Virus record (IMG/VR): IMGVR_UViG_3300005529_000001
Location: 124,001-188,000 of that record
Reading direction: 5' to 3' (one strand)
DNA: 64,000 nt
The notes under the pieces are model-generated. The model did not search any database. It saw only the letters and a program-made list of their open reading frames with translations, and was not told the DNA's origin. Below, piece by piece: positions 18,218 to 27,382 of the stretch (the stretch's first letter is position 1; each line of letters starts with the position of its first letter). The position numbers were made by a program, and so were the translations under genes.

Positions 18218-18528
18218 AGCACGCTCCTTACGTCAGCGGGAACCTGGTCGGGCGAGAGACCCTCGACACGGTGTCGGATGACAGACAGGATCGCCTGTTT
18301 CGCAGCGGGATCCTTCTCCTTCATGTACGAGAGGTAGAGGTCTTCGAGGTCACGACGGGTGCCCTCGACATGAGATTGCGACTGCTCGTAGACCTTGGTC
18401 TGAGCGTTCTGCTCGGCGACGCCGAAAGTCTTTGTCTCCCAGATGCCCTCCGCTCGTGCGAAGATGCCCAATCCGAAACACAAAGCAATCACGCCGACAA
18501 TTGACATGACAACAGTGACTGGTCTCAT
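18214..18528 (-). CDS. membrane-anchored protein
   Basis: N-terminal TM helix, helical C-terminus; GGAGG upstream. Confidence 0.6.
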   Translation of the reverse strand: MRPVTVVMSIVGVIALCFGLGIFARAEGIWETKTFGVAEQNAQTKVYEQSQSHVEGTRRDLEDLYLSYMKEKDPAAKQAILSVIRHRVEGLSPDQVPADVRSVL

Positions 18529-18561
18529 TGATTCCCTCCGTGGGAGTTGTGAGACCATCAT

Positions 18562-18597
18562 AAAACAGCGGGCTTGGAGACTACACTCCAAGCCCGC
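18562..18597 (-). terminator. Rho-independent terminator
   Basis: Perfect 12-bp stem GCGGGCTTGGAG/CTCCAAGCCCGC, 6-nt loop, then TGTTTT on minus strand, after vWA gene. Confidence 0.75.
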
Positions 18598-18622
18598 CCC
18601 CAATTTAGCTACGATGTTGTCT

Positions 18623-19450
18623 TTACGGCATTTTTGGTGACTTCACGACGGTGACGGTCCCCGGGATGATGGCGGGTACCGCACAGGGATTGAGCTTAAG
18701 ATCCGCCAACAAGCTCGGGTCGGGCTCCCACTTCACGGGTCCAACACCGACGATGGTCGCATCCGATGCAAATGGGTTGTTCCCACCAAGGTTGTCGCCC
18801 GTCGCAGCGTTGTAAGTTGCCTGATTGTACAGGTTGTCCATCGTGCCCTGACCGCTGCTTCGGTAAGCTCCAACGGCGACTGACAGGCTACCCATCATGC
18901 CACGAGAGTGTGCCGCTGAAGGTGTGTATGACACCGTGTTGGACGCATGGATGCCAAGGCTCGTTCCCACCTGGTAAGCGTCCTGGTTGGCGCCAAGGTA
19001 AACGAACTCCCAGCTGTACTTAGTGCGTTGGTGAGTGATCTTGTCGAAGATCATCTTACGACCCACCTCGCCGCGGAACTCCTGGCTGCTATTCTCGCCC
19101 CCGTCGCTGACGATGACGAAGAGAACCTGGCTGGGTCGCTGGCCCTCGGGCATCGAGGCAAGCCGCCAGCCCACGTTGTCGACTGTCTTGCCAATGGCAT
19201 CGTACAAGGCAGTCATGCCCCGCGGTTCGAGGGTGTACTTGGGGACAGCCCACAGTGACTGGGCCACGTACTTGGTCTCATACTTGTCATCGAAGTCGTA
19301 AAGTGATACCAAGCACTCGCCATCCACGCTCTTCTGCTTCTGAATAAACTCGTCGATGCCAGCTGTCATGGCTTCGGCAATGTTGTTCATCGACGCGCTG
19401 CGGTCAACGAGAAAGATGATCTCAGTCTTGTTTGGTTTCGTCATGTTCAA
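18623..19450 (-). CDS. von Willebrand factor A domain protein
   Basis: MIDAS FLVDRSASM, T.LYDA, VIVSDG.EN.S, YLGANQDA. Confidence 0.85.
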   Translation of the reverse strand: MNMTKPNKTEIIFLVDRSASMNNIAEAMTAGIDEFIQKQKSVDGECLVSLYDFDDKYETKYVAQSLWAVPKYTLEPRGMTALYDAIGKTVDNVGWRLASMPEGQRPSQVLFVIVSDGGENSSQEFRGEVGRKMIFDKITHQRTKYSWEFVYLGANQDAYQVGTSLGIHASNTVSYTPSAAHSRGMMGSLSVAVGAYRSSGQGTMDNLYNQATYNAATGDNLGGNNPFASDATIVGVGPVKWEPDPSLLADLKLNPCAVPAIIPGTVTVVKSPKMP

Positions 19451-19686
19451 TTCCTCCAGACCTCGAGTACGTGGTCAACTTTCTCATACTCGACATGGTC
19501 TGCTTCAAGAGCTTCGCGTGCTTTACAACGGAGGCAGGTGATCTTTGTCCCGGGATCGTAATGTCCAGGTGAAACTTTTCCCGTCATGGGATCGTAGGAG
19601 GAGATGTTGCAACTACCGTTGATGTAGTAACAGGTGCAACGTCCCTGGGATAAGTCCTTGGCGAGGCTTTCCGTCCGAGCACCCAT
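19447..19686 (-). CDS. Cys-containing hypothetical protein
   Basis: CTC...CLRC; operon-coupled. Confidence 0.5.
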   Translation of the reverse strand: MGARTESLAKDLSQGRCTCYYINGSCNISSYDPMTGKVSPGHYDPGTKITCLRCKAREALEADHVEYEKVDHVLEVWRN

Positions 19687-19922
19687 CAGTTCACCATCAT
19701 CGATGTTGAAATTGAACAGATGTTGATCGGAGACATGCCCGGCGGGGGATCCCCTACGTAGTAGGGGTAACTTGGCACGGGTTGCCAGGGCTGGACTTGG
19801 GGCCAGATCGTTGGGATCGGTTGCCAGGGGTTATAGGGCTGGATACGTGGGCCCGCGTAAGGTGAGGGGTAAGGTTGACCACAGTGAGGACAGTGCCCAC
19901 AGTGCTTGCAAGGTTCAGACAT
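19686..19922 (-). CDS. Pro/Gln-rich hypothetical protein
   Basis: CKHCGHCPHCG then P/Q/W-rich tract. Confidence 0.5.
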   Translation of the reverse strand: MSEPCKHCGHCPHCGQPYPSPYAGPRIQPYNPWQPIPTIWPQVQPWQPVPSYPYYVGDPPPGMSPINICSISTSMMVN

Positions 19923-19927
19923 GGTTT

Positions 19928-20788
19928 TCAGTGCTGAACAGATGGGACCCAGTGCGTGGTTCGACCGTCCTTGGTCTCTTCCTTGACGACAGGGTTTCCC
20001 ATCGGGTCAGTCAGATTACCATACACCGCAAAACGCCTCTGCGCCCCGCCTTTGGAACCATCGGGATTTACATACGTCCTGATCGTCGCTCCACCCGAGT
20101 TGTAGCTTGCTCCCATCACATTGATGATCTGCTGACGTAGCTGTTTCAGTTCGTTGGGTGTCAAGCTGTTAACGGTCCGATGGGGTGAGAGCTCAGCTAG
20201 ATACAGCGCCTCAGCTTTCACGTAGTTGCCGATGCCGCTAAGCACCGACTGGTCCATCAAGGCCTCAGCCAAAGTCTTCATCGATCTCTTGAAGAGTTGC
20301 AGCTCAAACGTTTGCTGGTCGGGCGGGTGCTTCAGCATGTCGGGTCCCAGCGAAGCTAGCTTCTTTTTCATCAAGACATCGTCAGGATCATACACGAACT
20401 TGACTGTCCCAAAGTGGCGTGGGTCCCGAAAGCCCAGAGTCAACGGACCTTGCCCGTTGCCACTGTCAGCCCTTAGGATCAACGCAGTGTGCTTGTCAGG
20501 CTTTTGGGTGGTCCACTGCCCTGACATCCCGTAAGTGCACCAGACCCACCAGCCGTCGCCAACTGACCAGTACATGAACTTGCCCTTGCACTCGACGGCA
20601 TGGATGCGAAGACCGTTCTCTGGAATGCTGGAGTTTAGCTCAGCCAAACCCTCGGGATCCTTGTCAGCATAGCGGCCTCCCGTGCTGTCGCCGTGGTTTC
20701 GGTTGACGCTGATGGAGCGTAGATGTTTCCCTACCAGCAACTTCCCGAGGAAGTCAGCGCTGCGTCGTACTTCGGGTCCTTCCGGAAT
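19928..20788 (-). CDS. Fpg/Nei DNA glycosylase/AP lyase with ATT start codon
   Basis: (I)PEGPEV N-terminus, KGK, YGMSG, DPRHFG, LGPD, DQS..SGIGNY..E.LY, R.T.WVP..Q. Confidence 0.92.
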   Translation of the reverse strand: MPEGPEVRRSADFLGKLLVGKHLRSISVNRNHGDSTGGRYADKDPEGLAELNSSIPENGLRIHAVECKGKFMYWSVGDGWWVWCTYGMSGQWTTQKPDKHTALILRADSGNGQGPLTLGFRDPRHFGTVKFVYDPDDVLMKKKLASLGPDMLKHPPDQQTFELQLFKRSMKTLAEALMDQSVLSGIGNYVKAEALYLAELSPHRTVNSLTPNELKQLRQQIINVMGASYNSGGATIRTYVNPDGSKGGAQRRFAVYGNLTDPMGNPVVKEETKDGRTTHWVPSVQH

Positions 20789-20932
20789 GACGTTACCCCA
20801 TCCCTTCTCAGACTGCCGATCTTACATCGGGGTTGTCAAGTGTATGGAACGACGATACGCAATCGTGTTACAACAGCAAGACAACTCTGATACAGGGAGC
20901 GTGTCAGACCATATTCATGATCTTAGAGGTGA

Positions 20933-21826
20933 GTGATGAAGCGTCTTGCTTTGTGGGCCAGTGTTGTATTGCTGCCTGCTTGTTGCGTCATGGCCAAGAC
21001 GTCTACAACGAACCCGGCGAGCCACGATACGTTAGTCGAACAACTCGAACAGGAGACCCCAGCGATAGTCCGTTGGTACGACGAAGACAAGACTGACGAT
21101 GACGATCATCCCATCCATTACGATGATCCCGAGAAGATTCCTGATGATGCCAAGACAACGTTGAGAGCCTTCTGCTCGGCGGTGTGGCTGACAAACGATG
21201 TCATGTTGACCGCGGCACACTGTGTTGATGACATTGGCAAGCCCGCCAGCAGTGATGACGACGATGACATCACCGATCCGGTTGGAAAGCTCCAACACTT
21301 GCTGGAGATGTTGCAACACGGGCAAAACCCAATGACCGAAACGGCTCGTTGGAGCCCAGTTGGTCAGACTGTCTATTACTCTTCACATGGTGATGTCGAT
21401 GTCAAACACAAGGCGTATCACTCAGGCAAGGTGAAAGCCGTTGACTGGAACAACGACATCGCTCTGATAAAGGCTGACAGCCCAGGAAACCATCCCGTTG
21501 CTCGCCTCCGTGTGAGCGACGTCCATGACGGAGAAGAGCTTCACATTATCGGTCATCCCCTGGGCATGTGGTGGACATACGTTCACGGGTATGTTGCAGC
21601 ACAACGTCCAGAGTACCACGATGATCACGGGCACGTCTACCCCATCACCCAAGTGTCAGCCCCCGTTTACTTCGGGAACTCTGGTGGCGGAGCGTTTGAT
21701 GTTGATGGCAACCTCATCGGGATGGCAGACGCCATCACCAAGGCACCCGACACTGCGATCTTCATCCCGGTGACAACGATCCGTGCCTTCATGGAGCACG
21801 AACAGGTCATCCCACCCAAGCGTTAG
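20933..21826 (+). CDS. secreted trypsin-like serine protease
   Basis: Signal peptide; LTAAHC, NDIALI, GNSGG triad. Confidence 0.9.
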   Translation: MMKRLALWASVVLLPACCVMAKTSTTNPASHDTLVEQLEQETPAIVRWYDEDKTDDDDHPIHYDDPEKIPDDAKTTLRAFCSAVWLTNDVMLTAAHCVDDIGKPASSDDDDDITDPVGKLQHLLEMLQHGQNPMTETARWSPVGQTVYYSSHGDVDVKHKAYHSGKVKAVDWNNDIALIKADSPGNHPVARLRVSDVHDGEELHIIGHPLGMWWTYVHGYVAAQRPEYHDDHGHVYPITQVSAPVYFGNSGGGAFDVDGNLIGMADAITKAPDTAIFIPVTTIRAFMEHEQVIPPKR

Positions 21827-22116
21827 TGTCCCGGGGGCCCGTCCCAACACTTCAGCTGGCACGCTGTGAGACACTCGCTGTCGTCAGCAAGACATGCAAC
21901 GTCACAGCTGTCGATACAGCACTCAAACCACGTCTTCTTCTTGATGAAGTCGTGCCAGCTCTCACCTGGAACGGGAGCGTTCAAGACCACGCAAGAATCT
22001 AACGTCATCTTGACAGCTTGCTTGCTAGGCTGAACAGAGGTCGTGAAGACCGCGCAACCAGCAACAAACACTGTCGTCACAAACCAGGGCTTCAAGCAAC
22101 CCTCTGTCGGAACCAA
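21823..22116 (-). CDS. secreted Cys-rich protein
   Basis: Hydrophobic N-terminus with AGC; C-terminal Cys cluster. Confidence 0.5.
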   Translation of the reverse strand: MVPTEGCLKPWFVTTVFVAGCAVFTTSVQPSKQAVKMTLDSCVVLNAPVPGESWHDFIKKKTWFECCIDSCDVACLADDSECLTACQLKCWDGPPGH

Positions 22117-22523
22117 CGCCAGTAATCATTAAGGGCGTGGTCATTGGGACATTCATCACCGATGGTTCCCTGGCAGAAGATCTCCCAAGACCTTGCACCG
22201 TACTCCCCGATGCCATGCAGCTCTCGAGCGTGAGACCACCCGCCGTCCACGAACTGGTGGGTCATCTTCATCATGTTGTCTGTCCGTCTCGTTGCAAAGC
22301 CCAGGCTTCGGCAGACGTCCGCAACTGCAAGCGGGTTAGCATCGAGGAACGCTTGCGGCGTGGGCCACAGTCTTCTGAATTCAGGCAGTACCTTCTCGAC
22401 TTGTTTCCTGCTCGTCTGGTTCAGCATCATGCAAGAGATCAGGATCATCCACTCGTTGGGCCACAGGTCCTCCTGCAGCAACCCGAACGGGCTCCTGGGC
22501 GGTGTCCACTTTGTGTTCATCAT
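22092..22523 (-). CDS. MBD4-like HhH-GPD DNA glycosylase
   Basis: LLQEDLW..EW.ILISCMMLNQT, LG...RR, GIGEYG..SW.IF, DHAL..YW.W. Confidence 0.8.
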   Translation of the reverse strand: MMNTKWTPPRSPFGLLQEDLWPNEWMILISCMMLNQTSRKQVEKVLPEFRRLWPTPQAFLDANPLAVADVCRSLGFATRRTDNMMKMTHQFVDGGWSHARELHGIGEYGARSWEIFCQGTIGDECPNDHALNDYWRWFRQRVA

Positions 22524-22917
22524 TGTTCCCTCGCATCATTGCGAGCAATTTTGCTTGCTCCGCAATGAGTTCAGCTTGCTCGGCTCTTGCATCTTTCAAC
22601 GCAGTGATCGCCGTTTCTCGGAATGAAGTGTATGACTTATCAACGTAGTGTGAGCTGCTCGCGTTCGAACGTAACTGGCTTATTTGGTTTTCAAGCTCTT
22701 TTCGTCGTTCTAACAACACCGTCAGAGCCTGCTGGGCTGGGTTGTCTTTGATCGGTGGCGTGTCAAGCTCTGCTTGCCTCAGGTCGTTCTCAGCTTGGTA
22801 CCTCTCAACGCTAGCACGCGTTGAAACGGCATGCTTGCTGATGCTAGAGCCAACCAGCAACGCAATAACGATCACCAGGGTGACACAACCCACGATGATG
22901 AAAGGTAACGAAACCAT
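22381..22917 (-). CDS. membrane-anchored coiled-coil protein
   Basis: N-terminal TM helix, coiled coil; TAGGGT 6 nt upstream; overlaps glycosylase by 143 nt. Confidence 0.6.
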   Translation of the reverse strand: MVSLPFIIVGCVTLVIVIALLVGSSISKHAVSTRASVERYQAENDLRQAELDTPPIKDNPAQQALTVLLERRKELENQISQLRSNASSSHYVDKSYTSFRETAITALKDARAEQAELIAEQAKLLAMMRGNNDEHKVDTAQEPVRVAAGGPVAQRVDDPDLLHDAEPDEQETSREGTA

Positions 22918-22954
22918 GTTGTCACCCTAACACAAGAAACGGTGCTTTGACAAC

Positions 22955-24028
22955 TCAGACGTATTTGTAGCTTGCCAGCAACTTTCCAGCAGCCTCAAAG
23001 TCTTCGGGAGTTTTGATTGGTTGGTAACGTGCCTGTCGGGGTACACAGACGTATTGCGTTGGAAACTCTTCGGTGTATTGCTGCAACAATCGTTCGTGTT
23101 GGACGACGAGTTTGTTACCCATCTGTTTTCTGGTGCGATGCCAACGCCATTCGATGTTTGATTTTAGGACGTCAACATCAATGATCATTGTATTGGTATT
23201 GTGAAACTTTGCCTCATCAGCAAAACCAGCGGGTAACCGCCAGTCTTCAGCAACCTGCAAGCGGTTGTTGACATACGCTAACACGCCACCTTTGTCACTT
23301 GGCAAGCGCTCGACAACCTCTACTGTTACGTTAACGCCCTGGCGCTTGTGGAAACCCAACAAGCCGCTATGTGGTGCAGCTAGCACGTTATCAACGTTAC
23401 AGATGAAAGCGTACTTGACGTCGGGATACTCGTCAAGGACCCCGTTCTCAACCAGAGCAGGTCCCACATCACCGTGGCCCAACGGATATAGATCGGGGGC
23501 ACCGGGAGCGAACAGAGCAAGCCTGTTGTCCGGTGTCAACCTATAACCCTCAAACTGGGTGAAGATGCTTCCACGCGTCTTTGGTGACAACGCAAGCGTA
23601 TGCATGTGACGAGCGACGCTGCTTTGCATGTCAGGCGAGGTCATGATCCAGATGGGCATGTCTCCACCCTGCATCAGTTTCCAAGCCAACAAGCTGGTTT
23701 CGACGCCCGGGATCTTGGCAAAGACCTTGGGACCACCCACCCGAGTCCCGGTCCCGCCCGCCAAAATGACAAAAGCGACCTCACCCCGACGAACCATCTC
23801 GTCTCCAACGAGTTCATCACCGTTGCTGATCTCATCAATTGAGTAAACGCTCTTTGGGTCTGGGTGATCGGGCAAGTACATCGCGGGGTCTGCGTCCTGC
23901 CTAGTCGTCATCCGGACGAGCTCTTCGTCAGTCAACCCACCAGCTCGATGGACTCGAGCCTGGAATTCGGGCAACACCTGGGTCAGCTCTTCACGTAACG
24001 AACGTGCGAAGCCAGGTTCAGGTTTCAC
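22955..24028 (-). CDS. UDPGP/AGX-family UTP:sugar-1-phosphate uridylyltransferase
   Basis: VILAGGTGTR.GGPK, P.GHGD, CNVDNV, KGG, NTN. Confidence 0.85.
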   Translation of the reverse strand: MKPEPGFARSLREELTQVLPEFQARVHRAGGLTDEELVRMTTRQDADPAMYLPDHPDPKSVYSIDEISNGDELVGDEMVRRGEVAFVILAGGTGTRVGGPKVFAKIPGVETSLLAWKLMQGGDMPIWIMTSPDMQSSVARHMHTLALSPKTRGSIFTQFEGYRLTPDNRLALFAPGAPDLYPLGHGDVGPALVENGVLDEYPDVKYAFICNVDNVLAAPHSGLLGFHKRQGVNVTVEVVERLPSDKGGVLAYVNNRLQVAEDWRLPAGFADEAKFHNTNTMIIDVDVLKSNIEWRWHRTRKQMGNKLVVQHERLLQQYTEEFPTQYVCVPRQARYQPIKTPEDFEAAGKLLASYKYV

Positions 24029-24216
24029 TTGAACTCTTCGAACGCCTTGGTCAACATCGCATCAGATCGTTGGCAACGAGCTTGGGTTTCGTTGTCAACT
24101 GATCCCGATTTTCGATACTGAGCGTATGCCATCTTGAGGCATCGTTGTCGTTCAGCAACGGCAATACGAAGCTGCACATACTCCCACGGGATGATGTTGT
24201 TCATTCGCACTTGCAT
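24025..24216 (-). CDS. hypothetical protein
   Basis: Fills gap, overlapping both neighbours. Confidence 0.45.
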   Translation of the reverse strand: MQVRMNNIIPWEYVQLRIAVAERQRCLKMAYAQYRKSGSVDNETQARCQRSDAMLTKAFEEFK

Positions 24217-24926
24217 GAGCTTTGTGACCAGACCTTGACTACACTAAAACCGTTGATGACATCAGACCCAGCGCCACCGCAGATGTCTCCGACCTCGCCC
24301 CCGCCCTTGTCATCAAAGTACCCAGTGCTGACATCGGGGTCAGTGACGGTTTCATAGAGCTCGTGTGAAACGGTCGCGTTCAAGTTCGAGACGTTGTTGT
24401 TATAACCGATGATAGCAAATGAGTAGGGAACCGTTCCGTAGTTCGAAGTGTAATGGTAACCATTCCACTTGTTCGACTTCATTTTCTGCGTGATTGCTCC
24501 CGGAGGGAGGAAAACGACGTATATGCTGCTGTTGTCAGGAACAGGAAGAAACCCATTCTGAAAGTCAGACTCCAATTGAGTGGTTATCTTGCCATCGTCG
24601 ATCGGGTTCCCGGTCGGGAGCGGATCATTGAACTGTTTGTCATCCATGACTCCTTCCTGGATCCCGTATTCGGCCAGACGGTCGAAAACTTTGCTCGCAT
24701 TCAACAACGTCAGCCATTCACCCATCTCGTTTTGAGATTCGTTGCTCGTTGACCAGTAATCGCCCAAGAACACAAACCTGACGACAGGTTGTGGGATCAA
24801 CCGCGGGGGTGATGCATGTGCAACAACGTCGTGTGCACAGCTAGTTGGTGTTGGGCTAAACGATTCAGTGGCACCGCTGCACGCGATGAATGTCACAAAA
24901 CCCAACGTGGTCAACCACTTCTTCAT
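24201..24926 (-). CDS. secreted/lipoprotein with Phi-1/EXORDIUM-like zincin motif
   Basis: IAC lipobox-like; YVVFLP, ATVSHELYETVTDP, EVGDIC. Confidence 0.65.
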   Translation of the reverse strand: MKKWLTTLGFVTFIACSGATESFSPTPTSCAHDVVAHASPPRLIPQPVVRFVFLGDYWSTSNESQNEMGEWLTLLNASKVFDRLAEYGIQEGVMDDKQFNDPLPTGNPIDDGKITTQLESDFQNGFLPVPDNSSIYVVFLPPGAITQKMKSNKWNGYHYTSNYGTVPYSFAIIGYNNNVSNLNATVSHELYETVTDPDVSTGYFDDKGGGEVGDICGGAGSDVINGFSVVKVWSQSSCKCE

Positions 24927-24933
24927 GTTTGCC

Positions 24934-25131
24934 TCAGTTCGCGAAAGTTCGATGCTTGACAAAGACCATGCACTTATCGCTGCCTTTCGCAGCGATCTGT
25001 TCCAGGAACAATTCTAATTGGTTCTTGGTGAAGACCAAGACATAACCGTCCTTGACGGTGACGACAGCAACTCCTTCACGATCGGCCATGTCTAAAATGT
25101 CACTCGGGCCCAGGTCGGACTTGACTGTCAT
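24934..25131 (-). CDS. hypothetical protein
   Basis: TAGACT 6 nt before ATG. Confidence 0.55.
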   Translation of the reverse strand: MTVKSDLGPSDILDMADREGVAVVTVKDGYVLVFTKNQLELFLEQIAAKGSDKCMVFVKHRTFAN

Positions 25132-25179
25132 GATCAAAGTCTACAACCTGGGCCCGAGTTTGTTACTCAGGGTTGTTCA

Positions 25180-26247
25180 TCAGGAAGTGGGCCAGTTCTC
25201 TATCAACAACGCGATCACATCATCAAGTGACAGCAACGATCCCGTTACTGGCGCTGGATCGGGCTGAGGATCTGGACACGGATCCGGTGGAACGGGTTGC
25301 GGGTCTGGCGGGGGAAGTGGAACCGGAATGGGAGCTGGTGCCGGAGGAGGCGCGGGCGGCGCCGGTGGAACTGGCGCGGGCGGCGGGACTGGAACGGGAG
25401 CCGGAGGGATCGGCGCTGGTGCTGGGACGGGCGCAGGAACCGGAGCGTTCCCGCCCATCACATTGAAATCATTGACCAGGTCGGTCCAAGCGACCCCGTT
25501 CGGTGCTGATGTCGCCCCCTTCGCAAGCTGGTCGCTCGTCAGCATCACGTAGAGCTCACCGCCACCTGCTGCGCTGCACAGGTGCGAAAGCGCTGCCCAA
25601 GTCAACGTTCCGATGAGACCCCAGCTGTCGATCTGGACACCCTGGGCGTTGTAACCGACGCCCATGACACAGTGGCCGTTGTTTGGATCGGGCGTGCCAT
25701 CGTCCCAAACGAAACCGTTGGCTGACGGGAAAGGGTTGATCCAAGCGTCGGGCAACGCCATGCCGATGTAAAGGTTCTCAAACAGGTACATCGCCTGCAT
25801 GACCTCTGTCTTGTTGGAGGCATCGACCGCCAAGTAAGCGATGAGTTTCGTCCCATCAGCAAACTGGTTCTTGATCCACCAGTCCATCGCCGTCGGCAGG
25901 TCGGTACCATTGTCAGTCGACGGATCACCCTTGACATAGCCAGCGATCGCGCTATAGTCTGACACGATCTGGTCGTTGGTTGCAACGAAGCCGTCACCCG
26001 CGTTGCCCGTCTCGGTGCCGACAACGTGGTATCCACCAGCGATGACGCAGTCACCCAGCGTGTCATTCATAAAGACCTGTGTCAGCGACACAGCCTTGGC
26101 ACTGTAATCGACAGTTGCAGGCGGCGCTGGCAGCGTCTTCAGGTAGTCTGCCAGCTTCAGGTGCTTGAGTGACGGATCAGAAGGCTTGCGGCCTCCCAGC
26201 TTGATGATGTGGCCCAGGTGTGGGGCTGTGACTTCCTTCAAGGACAT
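25180..26247 (-). CDS. papain-like cysteine peptidase with Pro-rich tail
   Basis: NDTLGDC, GHCV..VGY, DSWG; PAP repeats; GGAGG and TACTTA upstream. Confidence 0.75.
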   Translation of the reverse strand: MSLKEVTAPHLGHIIKLGGRKPSDPSLKHLKLADYLKTLPAPPATVDYSAKAVSLTQVFMNDTLGDCVIAGGYHVVGTETGNAGDGFVATNDQIVSDYSAIAGYVKGDPSTDNGTDLPTAMDWWIKNQFADGTKLIAYLAVDASNKTEVMQAMYLFENLYIGMALPDAWINPFPSANGFVWDDGTPDPNNGHCVMGVGYNAQGVQIDSWGLIGTLTWAALSHLCSAAGGGELYVMLTSDQLAKGATSAPNGVAWTDLVNDFNVMGGNAPVPAPVPAPAPIPPAPVPVPPPAPVPPAPPAPPPAPAPIPVPLPPPDPQPVPPDPCPDPQPDPAPVTGSLLSLDDVIALLIENWPTS

Positions 26248-26292
26248 TTACGACCTCCGGCCGTAAGTATGTCCCTCAAGAAAACGCGGGTG

Positions 26293-26856
26293 TTACTTTT
26301 CAGGCAATCCTAGTTTGGCCCACAGCTGTTTGTTGTAGTTACCAAAAGGCCCCGCGAACAGGACAGAGGGTTTGACCCACTTGATGACGCCCGTCTCGGG
26401 CGTGTTGATCTCACCTTCTACTTCACACGCAAAAGTGTACGTGATGTAACCGTCATCTTCCTGGTGGGTGAAGACGTGGGAGAGCTTGGTCGCGGTCAGG
26501 CCCGTCTCTTCGTAGAGCTCACGGGCCGCAGCTTGTTCGGGAGTCTCACCGGGATCGACTTTACCACCCGGTAAACCAAACGCTGATGGGTCGTCCTTGC
26601 GGCTGACGGCCAAAGCATGACCATCGTCTGTCAGGATCAGACAACACGCCGCCAGCTTCTTGCCTTGCATCTCCTGGTTCTCCTCGTTAGCTTCGTCATC
26701 AAGAATGTTGCTGCTAGCACCAGGCCTGATGCCCGCATCGCCCGTCGAGTTTCCTGTTGGGAACAACGGGCCTGCAACGCCGTCCTTGCCATACTCCTTG
26801 TTGCCGAAGCCCGTCAGGACTTCAACAATGTATTCACGGAGCAATCGTTTGCTCAT
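26293..26856 (-). CDS. NUDIX hydrolase with N-terminal leader
   Basis: Nudix box GGKVDPGETPEQAAARELYEETG; starts MSKRLLREYIVEV. Confidence 0.9.
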   Translation of the reverse strand: MSKRLLREYIVEVLTGFGNKEYGKDGVAGPLFPTGNSTGDAGIRPGASSNILDDEANEENQEMQGKKLAACCLILTDDGHALAVSRKDDPSAFGLPGGKVDPGETPEQAAARELYEETGLTATKLSHVFTHQEDDGYITYTFACEVEGEINTPETGVIKWVKPSVLFAGPFGNYNKQLWAKLGLPEK

Positions 26857-27065
26857 TGGTATCGCTCCGGGTTGAACGGGCTCATTCCATGCTTACCACC
26901 GGGCGTTGGACACGAAGTGGTACTGGTGCAAATGGGCGTTTCTGTTGTGGAATGCCCGTCGTCAGAAACAACCCTGTGTTGCTGGCACTGTGAGCACAGG
27001 TTGCTGATGACAACGAGGCCAAACATGAACGCAAGCAGGAACAGGATGCCCTTGTTTACTTTCAT
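26853..27065 (-). CDS. small membrane-anchored protein
   Basis: N-terminal TM helix, Cys residues. Confidence 0.5.
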   Translation of the reverse strand: MKVNKGILFLLAFMFGLVVISNLCSQCQQHRVVSDDGHSTTETPICTSTTSCPTPGGKHGMSPFNPERYQ

Positions 27066-27382
27066 CAGTCTTCACCCTCACTCAACCTCGTGTCGAGCAA
27101 GTTGTACATCGTCTGTCTCGCGGCGTGTTTGTCGCCCCGGAAACGGCTGACAAGCATGGGCCACTTCCGAGCCACATAACGGTGGACGCGCAGCTTGTGA
27201 TGGTGAGACCGTTCACCCATTTCTTCTAGCCACTCATCAGCGATGTGATGTGCTTCCTTGTCGGAAGGTTCGTCAGGAGAGTCTTGAAAGCCAGTCCCGT
27301 GTAGGACAGACATCATCCTGGGATCGATGCGTAGCTCCGCCAACGTGGCGTGAATGAACTGGCGCAGCAAGCTTGACATCAC
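27065..27382 (-). CDS. hypothetical protein with N-terminal leader
   Basis: MMSSLLRQFIHATLAEL. Confidence 0.6.
   Translation of the reverse strand: MMSSLLRQFIHATLAELRIDPRMMSVLHGTGFQDSPDEPSDKEAHHIADEWLEEMGERSHHHKLRVHRYVARKWPMLVSRFRGDKHAARQTMYNLLDTRLSEGED

Noticed and set aside
17642-18528. Membrane protein + lipoprotein pair as Rz/Rz1 spanins
   Set aside because: The lipoprotein is large and globular rather than short and Pro-rich, and the pair is not linked to lysis genes
20819-20839. Canonical sigma70 promoter TTGACA...TAAGAT upstream of the Fpg/Nei gene
   Set aside because: Spacer is only 9 nt; only the -10-like element is credible
25255-25445. Repeat-like tract (also 27470-27560 and 28110-28170) as a CRISPR or tandem repeat
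   Set aside because: Degenerate Pro/Ala codon runs inside CDS; no constant repeat-spacer period
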